Shown: positions 47,312-59,300 of the stretch, piece by piece
Layout: each line of letters opens with the position of its first letter
How positions within the stretch are numbered: position 1 is the first letter of the stretch
Source: Acanthaster planci
Taxonomy: Eukaryota
Reading direction: 5' to 3'
Assembly (NCBI RefSeq): GCF_001949145.1
Contig: NW_019091404.1
Coordinates: forward strand, 2,232,001-2,294,000
DNA: 62,000 nt
Notes under the pieces: generated by a model
Seen by the model: the letters and a program-made list of their open reading frames with translations, nothing else
Told to the model about the DNA's origin: nothing
The model's database searches: none
Program-made: the position numbers and the translations under genes

Positions 47312-50300
47312 ATGGCTCAACCAATGAATGCACATTGGACTTCCTCTGTCCAGCCACTCTGTACTCCTAGTCTGACAGCGCTTCAAGGCATTGTGTCAAC
47401 CGGGCGGCCTTGTTTGTTTGGAGGCTGTGCCAGCGGTATGTATTGACCCTTCACGACTCACTTCTATTCAACCTATCAAGGAAAATTTAGAATATTGACA
47501 AGAATATAATATAAAATCAGTGCTCTGAAATACGTGATTGCCAAGCTTTCGGTAACTGAGTACCCTCTTCAGGGCAAGCAGAGTCAGTTTTAGAAACTGG
47601 CCATTTTTTTTTAAACGTCTCTTGCTCTAGATGGTCCTTGTGGTGCTCTACACACTTTCTTGTAACGTACCCAAAATCTTTGTCTGTGTGTTGCTAGTAG
47701 GTGGTTTATGATCTGAAAATAAGTGGATTTTAAGAATTTTAAACACTTGCTTTGTTGCTATAAAGATGAACTTTGTATTTCCCATTTAACCGAAGCTTAA
47801 ACTCAATTTTAATTAATAGCAGCATTTACAAATTATCAGTTGTTGCTATTGATCAGATTGTAATCAGGAATTGATTATTAATTGATTGATTAATTTTGGA
47901 CAGTTGTGTGTTTCTTTTGATATATTGGTTTGATCCTCCCAGGCGGCCACTGGTCATGGTTGGCACGAAACTCTGTCCTAGAAGTTGTCGACAATGTCAC
48001 AGGAAACAGACGTTCAGCTTTCCAATTTGGCCGTGCAATCGGTGCCAATGATGTACAGATTACATGCATCAAGGAGTACAGGTTTGTAAATTTGTTCTAT
48101 TGTGGGGGAATTTTAAGTGCTTCTTTTGTTTTTAGCTCACTAAATATGTTTTAACAAGCCACCCTGAGTCCTGTAAAATCCATCACGGTGTAGGAATCAA
48201 ATACTAAAATCTTCATACTTAGCCATTGCCTAACTGGGTTTGTTTCTACAGGTACAAGGATGCTACTAGCCTTATAGTTGGACTGAAGACAGGTTCCAGT
48301 GATGGAATGCTGTGCATATTTGACCCCCGCACCTCCAAAGTTGTCCTGGCTGTTGATATTCCTCAGGGTGTAAGTACAGATGAAAGTTCAGTGCTCGAGC
48401 AAACCAACTGGACATCAATTTGCACCTGAATGGGTTACGACCAAATTATGCCCACTGATTGAAAGCTTTCTGTCTAATATGACCAATGAGTAGATTTTGA
48501 TACAGATAGACTTAATCTCATGTTTGAAGCGATGATCTCATCTTCTCGTCCGCTTATTTTACTTCAGGTAACATCAGTTGAGCCTGTAACCTCCGAAGGT
48601 GGCCTCAAAGCTCCAAACTTCGCATTGGGGGACCATCTCCGCCTCTTTTTTGGCATCATCGCTGTGGGAACAGAAGGGGGCCACACCTACCTCCTGGACG
48701 TACGAGTGGACGATGGTGACTGCTGCGATGAGGTTACGGCCAGGGGATCAAAGGTCATATCGCCTAGGTCGACAGATGTTGGGACAATCCGAGAGAAGGC
48801 AACTAGGAAAGGGGAGCACGTATGTCTACATTTGGACGGTGGGTCTGGCTGGCTCTTCTTTTAGCAATCATTGCATTGTGATTTTCTTGGCCTCAGTGGC
48901 TCAGGTGAACAACTTTCGGTGAAAAAAGATGGATGAAAGGAGGGAATTGACATGAAGGAGATTTAAACCTGCGACCTCTTGACTTAAAACCCCACAGTAT
49001 GGTCAGTATCTACTGCACTCCTTTATCTGGCCTAGGGTTAGTGATCTCCCAATCAGACAGGTTTTTTTTAGTAACTACTTTGTTGCCGGGATTTCAGCAG
49101 TGGTGGTTTTCCGTTTTGAAAAAGACAAGCATTGAAAACCGAAAAAAATACTTTTAGAGTTTAAAATTCATCAGAATTTCATTTCATTATTGGCATTTAA
49201 CCGACATATTTTTTGTCAGTAGATTTTTAAACCAAGTGTTTGTTCATAACATGAGTTGATATCAAATTTGATTGTTACTACAGAGGACAGTCACTCCTTC
49301 CGGTCATTCAACTTCAGGAAACCAGACCACTCCGTTTTGAAGAGCTTCTACCCAAGTGAAGTGTCTGTTACTAGTCTGTCGTATCTCAAACAGACTGGTT
49401 CCTTGGTCATCGGCTTCAGCTTTGGTTGCTTCCAGCTGTGGGAGTTGTCGGTGCCAGTGCTGGAGTAAGTGAACCTAGAAACCTGTGTGTAAACCTAGAA
49501 ACGTTGTGAGTATTTGAAAGCTATCAGGCAGGTCGATTATCTTGGGAACTCAGGATTAAATACTTGTTTCCTTTTCACAGATACAGCAGCACCATATCAA
49601 CACAGCCTTCCCCAGTCACCCACTTTGCCTACCAGGAACCAGAGGATGACCCTGAGAATTTTGGTTACCTGTGGGTGGGGCGAGGACCACAGGCCACAGA
49701 TGTTGAGTAAGTGATGGAAGGGAGGCCTGTTTGTAGTTGAGCTCTCTTGTAGTCAAGGGCTGTCTATTGGAAGCGGGGGGGGAATAATTTATCAGGTCTT
49801 GTTCCCAGAATCCATATCGTGCTCAGTCAGCGTGCAACTTGTGAAATCCCAGATCAGCAAAAACAAGTCTCCAGATGAGTTGATGCAAAGGCTGGGATCC
49901 ATAACGTCATCATGTCTCACCTTGGGAAGACCTGTACATCTGCAAATCCACCAATCAAGGGAACTTTGAAGGAGGCTGACCCAGATGCTCTGATAAAAAC
50001 TCACCTCTGGTTAGTATCAAGACTTATTGCGTATCACCACAAGGTGGCTCATTGTTTGTTTTGTCATTTATCTTTCTGCAGCCAAGATGTCCCGACCAAT
50101 CTTCATCTCTTTCAACTGATGTATACAAAGAAAGAAGTCCATGACAACTACGGACACCTCTACAAAGTAAGAATTCTGCTGCAATTGTCCAGTAATATAT
50201 TCATGTATCTTTGTTTACAACTCCAAAAAATTGTCCAGTAATATATTCATGTATCTTTGTTTACAACTCCAAAAAAAATAGGTCACGATGCAAAACTGAC

Positions 50301-53300
50301 CATTACATCAGTTATGTTTCAAATGATAAATCTCGCAAATCAACCACAATCATTCTCCCCTGAGAAATATGCACAAATCAATCACAAGCTTTTCAAGTAA
50401 ACATCCAATAACCAAGCACAAAGTTATCGACTAAGATCCACAGATCAACCATAAACTCGTCAGTAAAGATACCTATCCATAAATCAACCAGATTATCATC
50501 CACTAAAATACATGCACAATGAATATCCACCATAACCACAAATCCATCCACTAAAGTATATCCACATGTACTTGTCAACTGTTTCCCCAGGAGTTGATCA
50601 GCTGTGAAGCCCGGTTCCTCCACAGCCTCACCGTGGATCCATTCAACGTTGTGAACCAGGCCTCAGAGGGCAGTCGCATCATATCTTGCTTCCCACTGGC
50701 CAGAGAGATCGCACCAGGTGCCATCAAGCAGGAAGACTCCACTTGTGATGAAGAAGGTGATTTCACAGTCACACCTTTACCCAACGTGGTTCCCTTTCGT
50801 CAAAGCTACCTTGCAAGATAGTCACTCTACCCACGTTCCTCATCTAGTAATTGGCCCAATAGAGTTACCGCGAACCTGGATTCAAGTTTTGAAGTTCAAC
50901 ATTTAGCTGAAAAATTGAGTCTTCAACCCTCAAAGGGTTGGGTTATTTTGGACCATCTCACAGCTGAACTGAACTCGGCTGTCACTTGTAAAGACATTCA
51001 TTATCAGTACAAACTTGAAGTTTCAATTCAGTACGATGTGGGGCTTTGATGTTATGGTCGGTCAAAGGTCACGATCTCAAACAAGAAATAATGCTTGCTT
51101 GGTCCTTGACCGCAGTCTTTGGGGATTTATCTGTTTTGCCAGGTGACCATCTGGACATTGGTCTTGCAGTCTTTGTGTGGGAGGCACGATCTGACCCAGC
51201 AGATGGGCCGGAGACCAGTAGCTGCTTTCTGGGTCTGTTTGATCTGAATCGTTGGTACCATGCACAAATGCCCAAAGCAGTAAGGTAAGTTGAAACGAGG
51301 ATGGAAACTTCTCCAAGGCGTTTTGTTACCTTTGTAGGGTAGGTAAGCAGTGAGTGAGTTCTTTAGACTGATTATTAAATTGCGTTTTCTTGTTGCTAGG
51401 ATGTTGCCAGGGAAACAAGGGTGCTCCTTCTTTGCTTTCTATTCCTTGGACTCCATCCTTCAGGCTGCATCTCCAGACTTCCTCACGGTAAAAACCATTT
51501 CCACGCGTGCCTAGATGTCAAAATACCATACCCATGTCTGTCTTGGCCAAAGTCTAAATCCTCAAATCATGCAAGTCACGTCTTCCACCACTCATGCACA
51601 CTATCAGGGTTGATATGCGAAACAGCCACTGATGAGATAGCACGTCACAAATCAATAAATATCACACTTCCTCGTTTTATATCTTAGGACCTGCATGTCA
51701 ACCCAGCGTCCGTTGTTCCCTACGTCTCCTCACACGTACCAGCTCCAGAGCTACACTTTCAACCCTCAGCACTCAGCTTCGATGTTGTCTGTCTTATGGA
51801 AGCCGGGCTGGTCTCAGCTAAGTTTCTGGGACAACAGAAACAGGTAATGGCTGCAGTGCGAACGCTAATTACCACCTTGGGCGCTGTCAGAAGCTGCCCT
51901 GTGGTTTTATACATTGATGACTCCTTTGAAATAAGTGACGATTTGCCCTCGGTGCCATATTTACAGTTGACATATTATGCCTGGTTGGGCCATAAATGAT
52001 CATATTTGGAACGGAGAACGTTTTAGGAAAACTTGGACACCTTTGTTGGCGGTGAACATTTAATTTTATTTTTATATTTTACCAGGTGTTGGCAGATCTT
52101 TGTCAGCAAGGACCTCCAGCCTTGCGAGAGCCCAAGTTCTTCTTCACCCGGTGCTGGCTGGCTGGACTGCTTCCGAAGAAATATACCTCAGACCAGGGAC
52201 CAGCCAATGCCACGGCTGTGAGTCACGTTGCTTGTCTGTTTGGCCACCTGCTTGCCTGTCTGTCTGTGCTTCTGAGGACTAGTTAATGACATGCAAATAA
52301 TGTTACACTTCTTGCCTGTTTTATATTCTGTTGGTTCTCTCAGCCTGAATGTGTATCATATGTTTATTTAGTCAAACATTAATAGTTTAGGCCCTTAATA
52401 TAATTGTAAACAGAGATTTCCTTCCAAAGATTGTCCCTTTTAAGGGTTGACATGTTAACTTTAAAGTTTGGTTTGGTTGCATGTGTTTTTATACATCTCC
52501 CCAGTAGTACTGCCTTTTACATACTTGGTGTCAGACTCAAATTGGTCTCAAGTTGGTGGCTTTGTGAAAGTTTTGACATAGTTGTAACATTGCTCCTGTT
52601 GCTGACTTGCAGCAAGATCAACGTGAGGCTTTACTTACTGTCGCTGTGGAGCACAACATGGTCAACTTTGTCATTCAGTGTATCAACAGCTGGACTCATG
52701 GAGGTATCTCATGAATTTTGTTTCCTCAAACTTCAAAATATCAGTCTGTCTGTTTTAAGATGCACCTGTACCCCAAACCTTTAAATACCGTCAGACCGAG
52801 GCATACATTTTGGATGGTGTATTTGAATAAAATTTAAAATTCGGCAAAGTGAATAATTTCTTTTTGATTTTTGTGTTTCAGATTTTCCCTCCGGTTGTAA
52901 TCTGAGAACCATCCTTGATTGGGCATGGGGACTGGTAACCAGCATTAAACAGTCTATTGACCACATATGTAAGTGAAAAGGACCAGACTATGATGTACGT
53001 GATACATTCAACATAAAGCATGGCACAAATTTTGCAAAAGTAGCATTTCTTTTGAATGGAATTGGAAAGTTCAAAGTAGAAATCATTTTAATCTTCACAC
53101 TTGATTTCAGGTGTTCCATTTTACAATGGTGAAGGCACCCATGTGGATGACAGGAATCGACGACTGCTAGACCAGAATGCAGTGCGCTTAGGTCACATGA
53201 TCACCATCATCCAGTCGCTGCTTGACCAATCAGCAACCACTACAGAACAAGGTATGCGCATTAATGAGCATTTGCTTTTCAACAATTTCCAGATGGCACA

Positions 53301-56300
53301 AGCTCAGTAATTGAAAAATTCATAAATAAGTTTTCATCAATTTAAATTATATTTAAGAAAATACACATAGTTTAGAAATTTGACTAAAAGAGGTAATTGC
53401 ATAGAATTGTGCCAACAATCACACGAAATTATTTTTGAAAAATTCCAAAATATTGGTTTGGATTCCCAACTTTTTGTAGCTGCTCTTGAAGGTCTGGGAA
53501 ATCAAAAATACTTAAAAACTCTGAAATCAACTTTGCTTTGCCTTTTATTTGGTTGATAACTTTGTCTTAGGTTTGAAGGATCTGGAAACCAAATGTAACG
53601 TCGTGACCCTCATCCATCAACATCTTAAAGCTGTCATTTGGTTTGTTAGGAGTGGACTGCTCCCAGAGTGTCTAGGTAGGCTTCATAGATCATGACCTTT
53701 GACCCCTAACCTTGTCCCGGAATCACAACGTCAAACGGCTGATTATCCATTGTAGGCCTTGTTTGGCCTGTGACTCTTGACTTTTCTTGAATTTTACTGT
53801 AATGCCATCATCTAGTTGAAAAGCAGTTTAGTGAATTTTCTTATTGCTTATGTGTTCTGCTCCATACTCTATTGTAAATGGAAAGAGAGGTTTCTGTTAA
53901 ACTGATGACAGTCACGGCATAGTGACCAAGATATCAAGTTAGTTATCTTGATAAACTCCTCTGCAGTTTAGAGTTACTCAGTTTACAAAGTTTGTCAAGA
54001 ACCTTCTCCATGTTGGTGTTGTATGCCATGGAGAGCCTTAAATTTCACAAGAATACTGTTTACGAAATGTGAATGGTTGATCCATTGAACTATGTTATTG
54101 TCCGTCAAAAATAATGCCACTCTCTTACTGTAAATTGATTCCTTGTGTTGGATGTTACAGATGAGCGCGATCTCTTGGAGGGCCAGTTCTACTATCCGGC
54201 CGCCAGTCTGAGGAAGATTTATGCTCGGAGAAGGTTACAACTCCAGAAAATGTGCCTGTGAGTGTCTGTATTTGGAAATGGACTTTGAGCCAAGTTGCAT
54301 CAGAATATTGGTTTAAAAACTCAAGCATTGTGTGTGTGACCTTTTACCAGCATGAAGACGAGTTACAGAAATGAGTGTTGAGAATTTAATGTCACTGATG
54401 AGAGATGTCTGCTTTTACATTTCTGGTGCTAAGCGATGTTTGTCTTGAACATGTTTATAAAATCTTGCAATTTGAAAAAGTGTTGTCATCGCATCTCAAC
54501 TCCAGACGGAGGAAGGGAGGTAAACTTTGATTGGTTCAAGTCGGTTGCCATCTCTGAATCTTCACAGGAATACTAGCAGTGAGAGCAATATCTTGATGAT
54601 CGACGGCCTTGTCGCAGAGATCGGCTCCAAGCTCACCGCCCTCTGGGATCGTAAGGAGGAGGGAGGCACTGGGTTGTACCCGCCCCCAAGTTTTCACGTA
54701 AGTTGAACCTTAGCATATATCCATCGGTTGACCCGTTGCGTCGACGCGTAAGAATTTCCAATTTCATCACAGGAAATGCATGACAGAAACCATTAGAATC
54801 ACAGATAAATCTCCCCAAATGGTACATTTTTTCTGATTCTTTGATATATAATTGTTTTTCTGTGTAGGCCCTGCTAGACATGTATTTGGTTGACACTGTT
54901 CCCGTGGTAACCAAGCATTGCATTGTGGGATACTTCCTGATGGATGTTCTTCATGTGTCGCCATTGCCAAGTACACAAAAAGAAGAGGTAGATTCTTAGA
55001 TTTTGTCATAAATGTCATTTTCAAGTCTTACAGACTGATGAAAAATTGAAGTCACTGATTTTAGACTTTGGAGAAATAAATTTAAACATTTTCACATGAT
55101 TTGGACTAATAAAAGCACTTTGTTTAATGTAGGTTTTCACATAGATTTAAAAAATGATTATACCTCCATCTTTTCTTACCAGCTTGGCAGGAGGATCGAC
55201 AAATTTTTTCAAAGTTTTTCCCTTCCTCTTGGTGTGATAAAACTCCTACATGGCTTCTCGCTGCTTGACAGGAGAGAATTTGATGTAAGTTAGTGTTAAT
55301 GTGCAGTCATTTATGAGAGCTAAGTTCTGTAGATTTTGTAAAACTATTCAAGAGATCTCTCTTGCTCCATAAAGTTAAGTTTGTTTTTGATTTGCCCCTT
55401 TTTTCAATTTGTTATATTTTGTTGTCTCTCCAGAACGCAATTGACATGCTCCTTGACCCCACCACGACCCTTGAACTTGCCCCGTGGCAACACCGCCACA
55501 TCATCAAAGCCCTCCTGTACCAGGGCGAGAGCAAGAAAGCCTTGCAGTATGTCCGGACGGCCCGTCCACCCCTCACCACCAGAGATGATGTCAAGCTCTA
55601 CCTGACGGTACTCCTTGCAAATGGGTGAGTTTTGAGCGAAAAAAAAAAGCTGTAGACAGTCCTCTGGATTGCCAACTTTACTCTTCCTAGTCCCAAGTCC
55701 TGTTGGTTGCTTTACTGTTACATCACAAAGGTTTAATTCCAAGAGGGCTTTTATTTGGTAGCATTTACATGATGCAGTTGTTTTCACTATAACTGGAAGT
55801 GGCCTTTGACCCTTTGTTATCTTCCAGTTTGACCGCTGAGGCATTCCACTTCCAACGACAGTATCGAGATGAAGCCAACACAGAGGAGTTACTTACTCAT
55901 CTCATTCTGGGCTCTCAACAAAGTAAGGTGCTTTGCCTCAAACCAGAAGACCCTTCCTAGCTATCCCTTTTCCCCTTTGCCCACTCACTCCTTCCCAGTT
56001 CCCCTTGTCAGTGTTTCCTCTGCAAAAAGATTCTGACTTTACTGTAATTTTTTTATGTTGAACACTTCAGCCAAGACAGTGGACCAGCTTCTCAAACTTC
56101 CCTTCGATGACGAGGAGGAGGCAACCCTGGAGCGATACCTGCAAGAGTCCACTGAGCCTAATTCACAGGAATTACTCGTCATGCACTTCCTCCAGCGGGC
56201 ACGCTACGTGGAGGCTGTACGGCTGAATGAGAAACTCAAACAAGAAGGACTCATGGTGAGTGTCATTCTAATTTTTTGATTTTAGTTATTTTCAGACAGC

Positions 56301-59300
56301 AATTTAGGTAGACCAAATTACAGTTAAGACCCCCATATTTCTCGTCTGTGTAACCACTTCTGCTTTTTCTCAACATGCAGCCATTACTCCAAGTAGATAG
56401 AATTAATTGCTGCAGTTTGCCTTGCTTAAGGACACATGCTCCTTAATCTTCTAGAATAATCACCGCCCTATGATGTAAATATATGACTGTAACATTTCAT
56501 GTCGGGTACTTAGGTAGGGTTTTTCACCTCAAAGCTTTTTAAGTTTGTTTCTCTTTGTTTTGGGGTTAGGCCGACATGGATCCAGCTGCCCGAGAGAGGG
56601 CGACAGCCAGGAATGCCATCGTTGAAAGCTATGCAAGGCTTCTCCCCCCAGTCCAACGCAGATTGGCCTTTGGCCCAGAAACGTCCACCAAGAGAACAAC
56701 TCTCATCCGCAGAGAGAGTGAGTCAAGTTGTTCCTGCATATTAGAGCTCTTCAAGATTTGTATAGATTTTTTTTCCTTTAGGACTTTGTTTTGTGAGCTT
56801 AACCAGTGGAAGTGGATAAGTTTTCTAAGACCTGCTGATTTGTTTGTTTACATTTCATTCCTACAGTCAGCAGACCCAAACCTCTGTCTGCTGTTATCAA
56901 TCCAGCCAAGACGTCTAAAGTGCTCTCCAATGCCATGCTCATCAATGCTGTGCTAGAGCGCATTGCAGAGGCGAGGGTCCAGACCAAGCAGGAAGAAACA
57001 CCAATAAAAATGAGGTAGTGGAAAGTCTTTGTCTTTTTGGCCTCAGCACTGCAATTATTGAATTGAAATTGAAAGACAAAAAAGGTCATTCACAGAATTT
57101 ACCTACAAATTCTAAGAATTTTTTCCTTGGTTTTTATCTCAGTGTTGCTGAGGAGCTGGAAGATGATTTGCCTTCAATGGAACCTTTTGTGGGCACTCCC
57201 ATCACCCCACGAGCAAAATCAAGATTTGGGTATTATTATTCTCATTATTAATTATTTCTGGTAATGACACCGAGGATTCCTCAAAAGCACCGTAGACACT
57301 CTACATGTGGCTTGCATGCCTGAAGAAACCTGTAGAGAGGAGACAGTTACAGTTTGAGAGGTGGGAGGAAAACCCCCCGGAAAGAATATTCTGGGTAAAA
57401 CCCACAAAATAAAAACCTGATGCACATGTGGACAAAGCCTGAGCCAGGAATCAAACCTGGACCGTAGAAGTGGAAGGCAAGGCTGGAACCACTACACCAA
57501 CCTGTGCTTGACCATCCTCAAACAAGATGTGATTTAAGACTGGATTGCTTTTGTGTCAGTATTGAATATAAAGCTCTATTTATACACTTACCGCGCCTGT
57601 AAATTTGCCCCTGTAGTGAAATGTCCAGCGTTATCTACCCTGAGGTCACAGGGCGGGACATCAGCCCCTGGAAACGTCAACCATCACCAACGAAGACACG
57701 GCCCTACCTGCAAACGCTGGCTGGAGATACCTCGATCAGGGTCACAGAGAAGTTTGCAAGGTATCAAGAGATTTCTCGAAGTTTTCACGTCCAGATTTCC
57801 AGAATGCAGCAACAAAATGATACTATCACTTCGTGTGCTCAGTTAGCTTCCACAAGTTGACGCGGATTCAGGCTTTTCCCCTTTATCTCTCTCTTGTTTG
57901 ACACAACACACACACAGCCATCCTTAGGTTAGGGTCGCCCCATGTAAGCTCTTGCAACACACCCACCGTCAGTGATTCTTCATGTTCATTGAAATTCAAC
58001 AGAGTGTGTGCCATGGGCTTTTTGCCAAAGTAATAGCCTCTCATTCAACCAACGATAGCAGATACATGTGGGTAAATTCCTGTGAGTTTGTTCAAATGGA
58101 TTGGTAGAGTACTAGAGTAAACGTTTGGGTTGTTAATTTGCACTTGTGGATTTCATCTTGACAGCATTTCCAAAGCTCCAGCAAACTACACCAGTGCCTC
58201 TGCTCTCTCTTTGCTTCAGACGCCTTCCGTTACAAGGGTGAGTCTGTCCATTTCTCTCTGTCTGTTTAACCATTTTCGTTTTTGTTTCCTGGGAGGACAT
58301 ACAGAAATGTCTTCCAGGAGTGCACTAGTGTATTTCTGTGGTGACAAGCAATTTTTTTAGTTTATGTTAAATTTGAGATGGTATCTTTTAACATCCATCC
58401 ACATTTGTGCCGCAGACTCCCAGCAAAGTGAGGAATGACGGGACACCGTCTACGCGCTCAATACCATCCATACTCAAAGTGCGGAGTACCAGCCAGCGAA
58501 TTACCACTGAAGTCAGAGAGGACAAATCCAAGAAAAATGTCTCTAGTAAGTGCATCTGTAGAATTTATATCAGTAGATAACTAAGTCATTGTGAGTGACT
58601 GATTCAGAGTTTTTCTGTGCTATTTTCTGAATGTTCAAAAAGGATTTTAAATCCAATTTATATTTGTATTTTCAGGAACCAAATTTGAAATAGACCTTCC
58701 GACGCCCCCATCTCTGACAAAGAGTGCATATGGTAAGCATAGAGATTTACAATTTAATCCCTCCTTTTGCTGTAACGGTCAGAAAACAGTCCAAAATTCC
58801 TTCCACTTCCCCTGTACAGTACATAGACATATCACATGTCACTTGACTGTTTTTGACTGATGGGACAACTGTGTTGAGAATGCATCTTTGCGTAGGAGGG
58901 TTTTAATTGACAAAATAATTCTACAGAAACCAGGGCTGCTTCCGAATCTCTTGTCTAGAGCTAGGTCTAGGTTTTCACTCCATTAGAAATGCGTGGAGAC
59001 GCGTAGACAATAGACCTAGCCGTAGCTCTGGAAGCCTTTGGACACGGCCTAGGTTAGAGGAGAGCCTATTCCCTACCGAGGCAACTACAACCCAAGTAGA
59101 AGGGACAATGAGCATTCAGACATTGCTATCATTTTGGATAAGGTCAGATACTGACACATCAATGAGTTTGATTTTTTTGTTTGGATAGCCAAGCCATCAG
59201 AACACCAATCTGACAAACCTCCTGGTTTGCCCAAGCGGATCAGCTTTGCAGACGACACGAAAGCCAGAACACCATCTCCAGTAGCTGTCAAAATGTGCGT

